DNA from: Octopus vulgaris
Taxonomy: Eukaryota
NCBI GenBank assembly: GCA_951406725.2
Contig: OX597815.1
Span: 148,304,001-148,368,000, forward strand
Length of the DNA: 64,000 bases
Reading direction: 5' to 3'
Part shown: positions 38,481-51,529 of the stretch, piece by piece
Layout of the letters: the number at the start of each line of letters is the position of its first letter
Numbering within the stretch: the stretch's first letter is position 1
The notes under the pieces: model-generated
Told to the model about the DNA's origin: nothing
Database searches by the model: none
Seen by the model: the letters and a program-made list of their open reading frames with translations, nothing else
Made by a program: the position numbers and the translations under genes

Positions 38481-38858
38481 TTATTATTGTTATTATCATC
38501 ACCACTACCATCACTATCATCATTATCACCACCATTACCATCATCATTATCATCATCACCATCACCATCACCACCATCATCATCAATGATATTGTTTTAT
38601 GTGTAGTCACAGCAGTATCTTATTATTGTTATTTTTGTTTTTTTATCATTATCACCATCTGTCCGTCTCTTTGGCTGGCTTGGTGGTTGGCTGGCTGAAT
38701 GTTTTTTTTTTTTTTTTTTTTTTCTTTTTTCCTTTAGGTGCGGTCCTATCGGTCAAAAAAAGTTCAGATGTTTACTACTATTAGGCTTAAGAAAAATTAA
38801 GGAAGGGCGGTTCTGTATTGTTTGTGAATAGAGAAGTTGTGTTCGACCAGAGAGAATC

Positions 38859-38910
<52 letters not shown>

Positions 38911-38990
38911 CATCATCATCATCATCATAAATATCATCATCATCATCATCATCATCATCGTCATCATCATAATCATCAGCATCATTATTA
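38481..38990. repeat. (TTA)n/(TCA)n/(CCA)n microsatellite blocks and poly-T
   Basis: Direct reading (38481-38590, 38702-38730, 38860-38990). Confidence 0.9.
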
Positions 38991-39281
38991 TATACAGATA
39001 TATATATGGGAAAATTGAAAAAGGAGACAAACGCACAAGATGTTATCAAATCCTTTATATGTGCATATCATCTACATATGTTTCGATGAATGCATACAAG
39101 ATACGTCCGACGGGATGAATAATGATTAACTATGCATCAATCTTAGGGAGGACATAAACAACAGTAAACCTCAAACAGACATTTTAACAGATAGTTAAGC
39201 AACATTTACATACCATGTAATTACTCCCCTGGATTTTTCTTCTAAATGGTACGTTATTATATATATATATATATATATACA

Positions 39282-39495
39282 TTATTGAAAAGCAGAAGAG
39301 TTATAACAAAAACTCTTACTCAGAGTTTCACGTTCCCATGCCTCGGGAAAAACTGTCCGACGAACAGAAATGTGAAACTCTGAATTACAGGTCTTATGAT
39401 ATTCCTGCTGTTTTTCAATAAAACATATTATTCTACCTGTATTATTCGAGTACTACTTTTTCCACCTTGTTTCGCATGTATGCGCTTAATCCAGT
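39282..39495 (+). mobile_element. Head-to-head fold-back element between TA-rich tracts, carrying a hammerhead-like motif (39353-39390)
   Basis: Arms ttattgaaaagcag..cagagtttcacgttc / gaaatgtgaaactctg..ctgtttttcaataa; right arm ctgt-CCGACGA-aca(gaaa)tgt-GAAA-ctctgaat-t-acag. Confidence 0.65.
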
Positions 39496-39639
39496 ATATA
39501 TATATATGTATATATATTCACACACACACGTAGGCATACAAGCTCATGACATTTCTTACATTCATTAAGAAGGAGTCGAGCATGTTTTGAAAAATATATA
39601 GCTTTAAATGCGTTGAACTAAAGGCAAGAAGGTGAACCA

Positions 39640-40040
39640 GGCGCAGGGGTGATTGTGTGATAAGTAGCTTGCTTACCAACTACATGGTTCCGGATTCATT
39701 CCCACTAAGTGGCACCTTGGGCAAGTGTCTTCTACTATTGCCTGGCGCCGACCAAAGCCTTGTGAGTGGATTTGGTAGACGGAAACTGAAAGACCCCGTC
39801 GTATATATGTATTTATATGTATGTGTGTATATATGCTTGGGTGTCTGTGTTTGTTACCCCAAAATCGTTTGACAACCGATGCTAGTGTGTTTGCGTCCCC
39901 GTCATATAGCGGTTCGGCAAAAGTGACCGATAGAATAAGTACTAGGCTTCAAAAGAATAGGTCCTGGCATCGATTTACTCGACTAAAGGCGGTGCTTCAC
40001 CATGGCCGCAGTCAAATGACTGAAAGATGTAAAAGAGTAA
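39640..40040 (+). mobile_element. SINE family A, full length
   Basis: tRNA-like head, core, internal microsatellite and tail ggcggtgcttcaccatggccgcagtcaaatgactgaaagatgtaaaagagtaa. Confidence 0.9.
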
Positions 40041-40901
40041 ATGATTATATATCACGTTACGGTTATGACTGTATTTTGCCGTGTAATTGAATAGTGTTTG
40101 TAAGAGATAATATGTTTCATATTTCATCATTTCTTGTAATATTCTCTGCTCCCATAGTTCCGAAGTGAGTTACCTTCATATAAAAAGATGGGGGAAGTAT
40201 GTTTCCATACGAAAGAATATTATAAATAATGCAGAAATAACACGCGGTAGTTTCTATCTCTCTAGCATTCCAGCATTATAATAGCCTCGGCTTATGTTGT
40301 CTCCCAGTGATTAATATACTCTTTAATAAAAGGCATTTAAACCTCATATTATGTCCATCAGTGTTGAGAGTAAAGTGCATCACAATTTATCAATTTTCAT
40401 TATTTTGAAAAATTTCGTATCATCTCGGAATTCACGTTGTCCATTCACTAAAGATTTCGAGAATTTATCTCGAGTTATCACTCCACTCTTAATCATCCTT
40501 CGATTTGCAAATCAGGAATATAAAAGGGGAGTGAAAATTCAATAGATATTTCGCTGTATGTTTATGTGATAATAAGCTTCATGAACACGGTCGAATGAAC
40601 AGCTTTGTAATTTACGTAGTGGAATACATTTATCACGGTGTAGTATAAACAACATTTAATAAAGAACAAGGTAATTCATTAGATTTTCAATTTAGTTATC
40701 GGAAGTTATTTTAGTTCACTGTTTCATAACATAATACGGGTGACCTTTACTTTATGTGGACTTCAATATATTAATCTTCCTCTAGTTACAAAAGTTTACA
40801 TTACAGTCAGTAAACATCACCGCCATGATTTCTTTTTCAATATATATTACCTTAACACCGCCACTATAATTCATTTTAGAATATTTCAAGATCCTTGGAG
40901 C

Positions 40902-40913
40902 ATATATACATAC

Positions 40914-40958
<45 letters not shown>

Positions 40959-41090
40959 TCTAATTAATATTATATATATATATATATATATGTACATATA
41001 CATGTGTATGTATGTGTACATATGTGTGTATATATGTATATATATTTATATATATATATACATATATATGTACACATATATGTATATGTG

Positions 41091-41176
<86 letters not shown>

Positions 41177-41225
41177 CACATACATACATAGATACATACA
41201 TATATGCATATATGCATGTATGTAT
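40902..41225. repeat. Compound (TACA)n/(TA)n/(GATA)n microsatellite
   Basis: Direct reading. Confidence 0.95.
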
Positions 41226-41769
41226 CTCTGTCCGTGCTCTTCTGATCCTTTAAGAATGATTCTTTGTGTTTGTGACTTTTGTAATGGGAAACGCTCAACG
41301 GGGCATGCTTTCCTTTAATTTTCAACAAGAAATGGTAAAACCTTGCAAAGCTTAACAGCCTGCAGAAATTTAATGCAAATTTCTGGTTCTTCTCCAGAAT
41401 TGATTAAAACGTATACTCCTTTCAAAATATTTCAAGCCTTAAGCTTATGGATGGAAGGAATATTAGTTTATAATATAGCACAAGACCAGCACTTTTTGCG
41501 GACAAAGTAAATCGTTTACATCAACCCTCAACTGTTCAACACTATTTATAGCATGGATCCTGAAGGTAAAATGGAAGTTTGTCTCTAGCGGCTTCTGAAG
41601 CTCAGAATTTAAAGTAGGAAGAAAAGCCGCTAGGCAATTTGCCGGGAGCGGTAACAATGCTCACAGCTCACAAACTTCATAGAAAGAAATATTAAATATT
41701 ACTCAAATATTTGGTAAATAAATCACATTTCCCTACTAACGTATACATACGAGTGCGTATATGTGTTTC

Positions 41770-41825
<56 letters not shown>

Positions 41826-42044
41826 CGTATGCGTATGTGTCAGTGTGTGTTTATGATTAGTTATAAAATAATACAGAAGACTGTATATTTCATATTTGTA
41901 TGCATTAAAAGAAATTTTTTAATTTCTTAAATTTCATTAAACTATAATATTTAATCCACTTCTATGTTTAAGAGACGTGGAATTATGTACATTATTTACA
42001 TTATTTATATTTGACGGATATTTGTCCTCATCTTGTTTGTTGTT

Positions 42045-42090
42045 AACACAACGTTTCGTCTGATACACCCTCCTGCTTTCATCAGGTGTC
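42045..42090 (-). ncRNA. Minimal type I hammerhead (core intact, stem II decayed)
   Basis: Minus: gacac-CTGATGA-A-agcaggagggtgtatcagac-GAAA-CG-TT-gtgtt. Confidence 0.7.
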
Positions 42091-42189
42091 TTGGGCATAT
42101 GACATAGTGGTTAAGAGCACGGCATACTAACTCCAAGATTTCAAGCTCGATTTCAGGCAGCGATCTGAATAATAATAATAATAATTATC

Positions 42190-42223
<34 letters not shown>

Positions 42224-42245
42224 TAATAATAATAACACCACCACC

Positions 42246-42327
<82 letters not shown>

Positions 42328-42391
42328 GCAACAACAACAACAATAATAATAATACCATCGGAATGGGAACCCAGTTTCGAAATTCCCCTAA

Positions 42392-42437
42392 GACAGCTGT
42401 TGAAGGCTGGAGGGTATATCAGCCGAAAGGTTGTGTT
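42392..42437 (+). ncRNA. Minimal type I hammerhead (stem II intact, core decayed)
   Basis: gacag-CTGTTGA-A-ggctg(gagggtatat)cagcc-GAAA-GG-TT-gtgtt; its mutations differ from those of the minus-strand copy, so the consensus is intact. Confidence 0.65.
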
Positions 42438-42520
42438 AATAACAAACAAAATGAGAACAAATATCGTCAAATGTGAATAATGTAAATGATGTATAATATT
42501 TAATGTTCTGCAACTGGCTC

Positions 42521-42950
42521 TCTTTTATTCTTTTACTTGTTTCAGTCATTTGACTGCGGCCATGCTGGTGCACCGCCTTTAGTCGAACAAACCGACGCCA
42601 AGACTTAATCGTTGTTAGCCTACTACTTATTATATCGCTATTTATTCCCGAACCACTAAATTACGGGGGCGTAGACACACCAACATCGGTTGTCAGTTGA
42701 TGGTGGGATGGTTAAATACAGACGTACACTCACATGCATATATATATTCTTTTATTGTTTTCAATAACTTGACTGCAGACATGCTGGAGCACCGCCTTTA
42801 GGCAAACAAAACGACACCTGGACTTATTCTTTGTAAGTTTAGCACTTACCGTATCATTAGCTTTTTGCCGAACCGCTACGTTGCGGGGACGTAGACACAC
42901 CAACAAAGGTTATCAAGCGATGGTGGGGGGGATAAACGCAGAAACACAAA
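42521..42950 (-). mobile_element. Two SINE family A 3' halves (42521-42725, 42748-42950)
   Basis: Reverse complement of the family A tail: cttttacttgtttcagtcatttgactgcggccatgctgg.gcaccgccttta. Confidence 0.85.
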
Positions 42951-43365
42951 CATATCCATACTTATAGAATCACTTTCTATTGAAAGAACTGACCAGCTAT
43001 AGAGAAGTAAACACAATTTTCCTCTTTCTCTTCCTTCCTCCTTTCCTTCTCTTTTCCATTGACACACCTTTCAGATACAAAGGCACACACACACGCACTC
43101 CCTCGCTAACTTTCTCCCCATTCCTCACCCATTTTACTATCCTATATCTGTCTCCACCCCTACACACTCAATAAAAGTATAAAAAGAAACAAATCTCCTG
43201 AAAAAATTAAATCTGACGAATCCACTAGTGCGGATGCAAGCGCTAATATATGATTTATAAAACCATGTGACATATTAATAAAAATCTGTAAATATAAAAC
43301 CATCCAGATTTCTGAGTACCTCATTTCTTCTAATATATAATAGCTCTACATCATCTCTAAGCTTC

Positions 43366-43397
<32 letters not shown>

Positions 43398-43505
43398 CTT
43401 TTGATATATATTTAAAATAATATAAATTAATTAATTTTATGTATTGGCTTATGCTTTTCATTGTTTGATTTGCCTAATAGTGGTTTTATCTCTAATTTAA
43501 TATAA

Positions 43506-43559
<54 letters not shown>

Positions 43560-43715
43560 TGCGAACTTCTTTCAGTTTCTGTCTACCAAAGCCACTCACA
43601 ATCCTTTGGTCGGCCCGAAGCTATAGTAGAAGATACTTGCCCAACGTACCACGCAGTGGGAATGAATCCGGAAACATGTGGTTTGGAAGGAAGCTTCTTA
43701 CCACGTAGCCATGCT
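43560..43715 (-). mobile_element. SINE family A, 5' half
   Basis: cttctttcagtttctgtctacca..tttggtcggcccgaagctatagtagaagatacttgcccaa..cttaccac.tagcca. Confidence 0.8.
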
Positions 43716-43777
43716 TATATTTCCTTCAGAATTATCTTTTAATAAGTAAAATTAATAGCCACATCAACGTAGCTGTT

Positions 43778-43901
43778 TCATGTTACTACTAGTTTAACCC
43801 AAGGCAGATCTCCAGCTCGCTGGATATATATAAATTGTGCAGCATTGCATCGATTACCAGCTGGCGAAATATGTGCCTGGGGTTAAACTACAGTAACATG
43901 A
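43778..43901. mobile_element. MITE-like element with ~28-bp imperfect terminal inverted repeats
   Basis: tcatgttactactagtttaacccaaggca ... tgcctggggttaaactacagtaacatga. Confidence 0.6.
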
Positions 43902-45204
43902 TAAAGCAACTTTACGTTTTAGTATAGTTACCACTCTGGTCTCTTCTTGAGATTTGACAAGTAGCTACTTTGCATATCTTTTGATAGAAATCAGAAGAAC
44001 TGCTGCGCAAAGAACAGTGAAGTTCAGATGAGTAAGAAGTGTCAAATACAAATGGGAGACGTTTGTATTTGCAGCAGATACATGTGCTGTGTGTATGCGT
44101 GTATGTGTCTGCACGTGCGTGTGTGAGAGAAGAGTGTGTAAACGTCTGTATGCGTGTGCGTGTGCGAGAATTGGGGGTTGCATGTGTGTGCCTGTGTGTG
44201 TGTGAGTGTGTAGACATTTACATGTGCGTATGTATCTTCATGTGTGTGTATGTGTGTGTGCATGTGTGCGTGCATGCGAGAGGGGGTGTGTGAACGTTTG
44301 TGGGATTGTGTGTACCTGTACGAGAGGGTAGTGTGTGCCTGTGTGCGTATGTCGACATTTGCGTTTGTATGTGTGTGAGAGAGAGAGAGAGTGAGAGAGA
44401 GAGAGAGAGAGACCGGAACGGAGAGAAGAAGAGTGGAATGGTTTACATGCATGTGTACTTGTTTGTCTCCTTCCCTAGTTTGTTTACTGGGGTTATTTTG
44501 GTGTTACCTCGCCGTGCCTTAAGTAAGGCAAAAATACTGAGAGTATACGAAACAGAATTCAAAATACACGAATACCTGAGATTGTGTAGATTAAAATAGT
44601 TATGCCGGAATATGTTTAAATATTCATAAATACTTACAATATCCATTGAAGCCAACATCATCTGAAATTGTCAGAAGCTTTAATACATAGGATGCAGACA
44701 TACTTGGGCATTGTCTAAAAGGGTTTTAGTTGAACAAATCATTCGAATCACTACAGCTATTTCAGTGTGATCAGTAAAATATTGGATTGAACGATACTGG
44801 CCTTAGATAACCCAACAATCAATATCAATCATAAAGATGAAAGCTGGCAATTCGCGAACCCGGGTGTAGATTTTGGTGGTAGCAGCAAATGTTCGAAAAC
44901 TGTCAATCCGTCGGTTACAATGAAGTGGGTTCCAGTTGATCCGATGAACGGAACAGCATGCTTGTAAGTTTATCGTGCAAGTGATACCACTATCACGCAT
45001 ACCCATAAGGTAATTATCAAAGATATTCAGCGTGGCACAGAATGTGATAAGACTGAATCGTTGAAAAACAGTAATCCCTCGCAATATCATGTTTCACCTA
45101 TCACGGTTCACCTTTCTTGGTTTATTAGTTAAGCTCACACCGATTTCTCTGTGGTGTTGTTTTGAATTCATAATAAAATAGATATGTAGAATTTATTAAA
45201 ATAA

Positions 45205-45675
45205 TATTTCTATTCTACGCGCAAGGCCCGAAATTTTGAAGAGGGGGGCCAGACGATTAGATCAACTCCAGTACGCAACTGGTACTTATTTTCTCGACCC
45301 CGAAAGGATGAAAGGCAGAGTCTGAACTCAGAACGTAAAGACAAACGAAATACCGCTTAGCAATTTGTCCAGCGTGTTAACGTTTCTTATTTCTTTAATG
45401 CCCACGAGGGGCTAAAGAGAGGGAATAAACAAGGAAACACAAAGGGATTAAGTCGATTACATCGACACCAGTGCGTAACTGGTACTTAATTTATCGACCC
45501 CGAAAGGATGAAAGGCAAAGTCGACCTCGGCGTAATTGGAACTCAGAAAGTAGCGGTAGACGAAATACCACTCAGCATTTCGCCCGGTGCACTAAAGTCT
45601 CGAGAAACACAACGCGTTGCCGGGAATCGAACTCGCAACCATACGATTGCAAGCACGATTATCTTAACCACTTAA
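45205..45675 (-). mobile_element. Dimeric SINE family B (45205-45600) plus family C head fragment (45600-45675)
   Basis: Reverse complement of the 4181 dimer; two ctggtactta.ttt.tcgaccccgaaaggatgaaaggca cores. Confidence 0.8.
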
Positions 45676-45989
45676 CCCCGAACCATCACAAAATCAAACA
45701 TAAATATAAGTTAACAACTGTGATATTTGATAACGCTTTGGATATCATATTGATAGGATTAAAACGATGACTGTATTGCTACTGATAGTAACAACTGTGT
45801 TGATATTATTAAAATCAATTATTATGAACGGACGGGATACTAAAAATCGCCATGGGGTGGGTAACGTCATGAAATAGGTGGAGGTGTGATGGGGCAAATG
45901 ATGACAATGTATTTAATAACGACCGAGTAAATATTGATGTTGAATCGGATGATGTTAATAATATTAATGCAGGAATGTTATTATTACTG

Positions 45990-46290
45990 TGCAAAGTATG
46001 ATAACAACGATGAGGAGGGACAAGGAGGTGGAGTGAGGAAGGTGAGCTTTGTAGTGATAATGATGCTTCAGGTGGTTATGATGGTTATCATGATGACGAC
46101 GACAACGACGACGATGATAACATCGATGATGACGACGACGATGATGATGGTGGTATTGAATTTGAAGGCAGTGATGGCCACAATTATGACGATGACGATG
46201 AGTATGATGAGGGTAACGCCGCCGCCGACGACGACAACGACAACGACGACGATGATCATGATGATAATTGAGATGGTATGAACAAGATTG
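45990..46290. repeat. Degenerate (GAT/GAC/GGT)n trinucleotide low-complexity tract
   Basis: Direct reading. Confidence 0.85.
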
Positions 46291-47109
46291 CGATGCATGA
46301 GTGAAATGAAGTGAAAGAAGACACTAAATGGTAAGAGAAGAATGGTAATGAAGATAAATGATATAATTGCTTCAATGAGAGCACTATGTAGATTCAGAAA
46401 GTAAGTCTCTACGTATTCAATCGCTACCAAAATCGCCAAAAAGAAAAGGGAGTAAAAAATATACTCAAATTTTACTTCGCATAATATATGCCCAAAATAC
46501 ATAAAATTTTCCAAAACATGATAATTGAGATATTGCTTTCATTGAATATTTCCTAACGTAATTCCTGATTAGGTATGCTACTTTACAACTTCTAATCCTT
46601 GGAACATCTGCAACAGCTTGTAATGTAAAAAATTGAAGAGGGCTGGGGTATATTTTGGTTTCCAATAAACTAAAGTTCGCTAGAAGACTAAGCAGATTAG
46701 CAAAAGTTGGGGAAATTTTTGCACATTTATTAAATCCTTCTATAATGTATTTGTTAATGTCAAATTCTTTGGAAGAATTTAATAGCGATTCATCATACAG
46801 CTTTATATTTTAATCTTGCAAATTTGCCGTTAGTTTCAGGCTAAATTATTGATGACTTTTCAATTTCTATACATGAGATGATATGTAATTAATCATTTCA
46901 TTTAGTATGTTTTACAGCATCTGCACTATAATGATGTCACGACATAAAATGCAAATATCAGTTCAAGGGAAAGCATCCTAATTATACGGAAAATTCTCAC
47001 CGATATTAAATGTAACAAAATTGAATATTTTAACATGGTAGTTAAGCTTTATCTTAAGCTTTAAAAATCAGTATTTCACATGAAACATTATTATGTTGAA
47101 TGAAGATTA

Positions 47110-47300
47110 GGCGTATAAATTAGATTCGTGGTCCGAGAAAAGTTGCATACGCATATTGTGTATTTGCCATATGGTTTCGGGCTCCGCTGTTCTGTGTGAC
47201 ACTTTCAGCAGGTCTCCCAGGCCAACCAGTTATATTGTGATTGGATCTCGTAGACGGAAAGAGAAAGAATCGCGTTGCATTTATATGTGTATCTGTGTGT

Positions 47301-47341
<41 letters not shown>

Positions 47342-47520
47342 TGTGTGTGTCTTTGTGTATGATTATGTCACAAACCACTGCTTGACAGACATTCTTAAAT
47401 TGTATATATCACAGAAACCTATATGATCGCCTTCCCCCAAGCATAATAAAACGGGCAGGGGGGATAGACACCAGATTTAAAATTAAGTACTAGCGTCAAT
47501 TCGTTATACTAACCCCTTCA
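47110..47520 (+). mobile_element. Highly decayed SINE family A with internal (TG)n
   Basis: ccatatggtttcgggctc..ggccaacca..gtagacggaaa.agaaagaatc then microsatellite and ttaagtactag. Confidence 0.55.
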
Positions 47521-47919
47521 TTTCAGCCCTAGCAAATAACAAAAATAGACTATATGAGCATTATTCACACTGAATCTTAGCAGAAGACTGAAATTCGTCT
47601 GGCTATGATCTTTGAAATAGAAATGTCTTAAACTATAGAGGAATCATGCAAAATTCTATCTTATTAGCAAAATATTAGATACAATCTTCAATTATAACAG
47701 GTACATGTTTATTATACATTTCCTCTCTCACATTACTTCACTCTCCCTGTACATAAATACATCTGTTAACTACATCCCAAAAATGGAACATTGTATATTT
47801 GTTGGAAACCGGTTTCCTCCTCAGTGGAAGATTTATAATAATTGAAAAATAAAATTGACACAAACCCACCCAGCCACATACACACACACATACACACGCA
47901 CAAACGGGCACAATTATTT

Positions 47920-48214
47920 GCGTTACGTCGGTTACAAAAACGAAAGTGTCCCTTGGTCTGATCAACAGAACAAACAGCCTGCTCGTGAAACTAACGTGCA
48001 AGTCACTCAGCACTCCACAGACACGTGTTCCCTTATCGTGGTTCTCAAGGAGATTCCGCGTGACACAGCTGGCCGTGTGGCAAAACAGGTACTAATCATT
48101 TGTGCTAGTTGAGGGGACTGGAGAAAGGTGAAGGGCACAACATGTCACTGGGAATTGAGCTCACGACCTCACGATCAGGGTCCGAATACCCCAACTACTA
48201 AGCCACGCACCTTC
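47920..48214 (-). mobile_element. SINE with family D 3' part and family C-like head
   Basis: cgtcggttaca..aacagcctgctcgtgaaactaacgtgcaagt.actcagcactccacagacacgtg (D, reverse), then gttgaggggactggag..gaattgagctcacgacc..taagccacgcacctt (C-like, reverse). Confidence 0.7.
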
Positions 48215-48280
48215 AGTACATATATGTATATATTTAAAGTGAAAGTGGCACGAGATTATATTAGCTACTGGATTATGTAT

Positions 48281-48350
<70 letters not shown>

Positions 48351-48879
48351 TCGCACGCACACACATGTGCGTATGTGCGTATATTGACGTGTTTTACTCA
48401 TGTTTTTTTTCACATTTTCCTGTATTTTTGAATTTCACCCTGTTTTTCCCTGTGTAAGTGCGCATATAGATGTATGCTTGAAATTTTTAGTGTGCGTGTG
48501 TGCGTGTGCGTATATAGACGTGTGCGGTTATGTGCGTAAATAGGCGTGTGCGTGTGCGTGCTCCGGCTATGAGCGTATATAGACGTGGTTTAATCGTTGT
48601 ATACTCCCATACACTTTAAAATACAGTGATAGAGTCTTTGGCAATGATATCAAAATGTTAAGAAATAGAATTTTGACAATAATAAGAAATTGTCAAAGAG
48701 AAGATTTGTGGTTTAACAGTTAACATAAAAGTGTTTAAAATAGGTAGCAAAATATATTCATAATTCTTTATAAGTTCATGAAAAATCATGTTAGTATATA
48801 AGCATATATACAGACAGAATTTCTAGGAAGTATTTGAGAGGAGAAAACGTGTATTGCTTAATCAAAACTTCATAAGAAA

Positions 48880-49150
48880 GTTTGGTTCATAGATTTCGTT
48901 TGCAAGACTCTTTATGTGAGTTCCTGTGTAGAAGCAAATTCTGTTGTATCCGGCGGGAGTCATTATTTTTGGTGCCTTATAATTTAACACAGTCACCGAT
49001 CCAATTTCCAATTATTTCTTTTTTTTATATTTTTCTAAAATTTTCCTTGCATTTTGCAACCTTTTAAATAGAAGGAAATGAATGGAAATTTTACCGGTGA
49101 GTGTGTTAAATTATAAGGCACTAAAAGAGAATTACTCTCCCTAAACAAAA
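48880..49150. mobile_element. Fold-back family F, inverted pair
   Basis: ggagtcattatttttggtgccttataatttaacacagtcaccg..aatttcca versus tggaaattttaccggtgagtgtgttaaattataaggcactaaaagagaattactctcc. Confidence 0.8.
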
Positions 49151-49555
49151 CATTCATAAGAAATGATACAGGAATATTTATACAGAATTTTAGGAGTATG
49201 ACCAATCACTATTCTTCATCTCCAGTCTTGTATGTGCGTTGGGCAAAGATGGTTGCTATTTTCAGAAATAGCATGGGACGTTGGTTGGTGCGGGAAAGCA
49301 TTCACATAGTTTGTTGAATCAAAAGAATTTTTTTTTCTGCGCTAGTCTCTCATGGTTCAGTGGTTTTTGGACTTAGAGTTCAAGTTGGTGTGAATGTGTG
49401 TATGTGTGTGTGCACGGTTCTATGTGTGTGCGTATATATATATATATATATATATAAATGTATGTAAAATTATTTATTTTAGGGAATTTATTTCTGAGTC
49501 CACAGGGGAGAAAAATTAAATTTAGTGGTACTATTACGAATTTCCCACTGTATTA

Positions 49556-49617
<62 letters not shown>

Positions 49618-49921
49618 TATAAAATATATATAGAGAGTAACATATTTTAACCACTCTTAAATGTTAATAAGAATTATTTCCCCTACACTGGAACTCTCTA
49701 GGATGGAATATACGTTTTTTACTCAGTAGCCATGATTAATTCAACGCGAGTAAGGAGACTTACCAAAACGATAAGTTAAATGTTTCTTTCTCTTTTTCCT
49801 ATTTTGTTATGCATTATTTCGTTCGTTTTTAGTTATGTTATTTTGATGATTACTTAATATATAATTTTGATTATCATGTCTCTGTATAGGTTGTATATAG
49901 TAAAATAGTTTTATATAATCC

Positions 49922-50026
49922 AGACCTGAAGAATGGCAGTATAGTTGGATCGATAAAGTATTGAATTTGGAGACCTTCTAATTTAGCAATATCGATAGAT
50001 TTATTTTCAGGAAACACGCGTAGTCT
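49922..50026 (+). ncRNA. Type I hammerhead with long stem II inside an AT-rich insert (~49635-50313) between (TA)n tracts
   Basis: agac-CTGAAGA-[atggcagtatagttggATCGATA...TATCGATagatttattttcag]-GAAA-CACGCG-TA-gtct. Core and stem I intact, base of stem II imperfect, stem III one change from palindromic. Confidence 0.7.
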
Positions 50027-50313
50027 ATCTAGTGTATATGAATCAGATTGATAATTGCAGGTATGAAGTTAATAATATTTAATATTATATACCTCTATCA
50101 TAGATAACGTTGTTCAATGTTGATTGAGTTGCTTAAAGGTGGTTCTGTCTCTTGAAACAATCTTTATATATAATAATAAATTTGAAAAATCGAATATTAA
50201 TTTGATTAATATCAATTTAAAACCAGTGGCCTAGCTTATTGAAAAATCTGAAGTTTCAGAAAAATTATATCAAATATATAAAAGGGATGACCAGTAAGTG
50301 GTTACCCATTCTG

Positions 50314-50389
<76 letters not shown>

Positions 50390-50455
50390 ATAGAGAGAGA
50401 GATAGAGAGAGAGACAGAGAGATAGATAAATGTGTGTGTATTTGTATGTGTATTC

Positions 50456-50511
<56 letters not shown>

Positions 50512-51375
50512 GTATATATAAATGTATACATGTGTGTGTGTTTGTAAAGTATCAGTTTTAAAGAAAAATATATAAATTCCCTTCTAGTAAACGTCTATGT
50601 ATATGCATATAAACGATTCTACTTAATTATGCCGGCAACAACTATACACCAACTACTCTGATGGGGTTGCATGTAACTACGCCGATATTATTTAGGATAA
50701 AAATGATGATTTTGAAAAGGAAAAACACTGATCACGTTTAGCATTCAATGATATAAGGGAAGAACATTTAAAACAACTAAACATAGTATTTATTATTGTC
50801 ATACGCTATATTCTATATCATGTTACCACCAAATGTAATTAAACGAACATTTTAAGAGAATACCATTTGTCCTCTCAGGCAATAAACATCAACAACAGAA
50901 TAGCTGTATTTTCTGATCCTACTAGTTCTCAATTCACTGAGCGAGCGCCTATTGTAACTAAGGTCAAACTAATGAGCTCTATTCTAACCATCCTGACATC
51001 TGCATACATAAATATCAAAATAAGTCTACCATTTGCACATGCATCTCCCTCTACTTTATAATTACTACTCCTTTCTCTCCTTCCATCAACTTCCTCTACT
51101 TTCCGTCAAACACAAAAAATTGCTCGCATACCCTAATCAAACATTTCATTGGTCAAAATTGACAAACAATCTTCAGTTATACATTCGATGACTCCAAAGT
51201 TAATGTCAGATTGCCCAAGGAAATGAGCACTTAAATAGGATCCACCTGATGTCCATGGATGCTACCGACTGTAGTGTAATCATGCCAGGAATACGGGTTA
51301 TGATAGTCAGAAACATGTGCTTTTCGGAAACGCATATAACGTTTCATTAAAATATTTATAAATTCAATCTTGCAT

Positions 51376-51380
51376 TATTA

Positions 51381-51463
<83 letters not shown>

Positions 51464-51470
51464 TACATTG

Positions 51471-51527
<57 letters not shown>
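51376..51527. repeat. (ATT)n followed by (TA)n
   Basis: Direct reading. Confidence 0.95.

Positions 51528-51529
<2 letters not shown>

Larger units (their letters stand above)
41960..42500 (+). mobile_element. tRNA-head + trinucleotide microsatellite + hammerhead-tail element (42093-42500) with an inverted copy of its tail at the 5' end (41960-42095)
   Basis: A-box TGACATAGTGG 42100-42110, degenerate B-box AGCTCGATTTC 42144-42154, (AAT/ACC/AAC)n 42168-42355; HHR copies at 42392-42437 (+) and 42045-42090 (-). Confidence 0.75.

Noticed and set aside
50860-51300. Possible decayed LINE fragment
   Set aside because: Composition is suggestive but no diagnostic motif was recovered.
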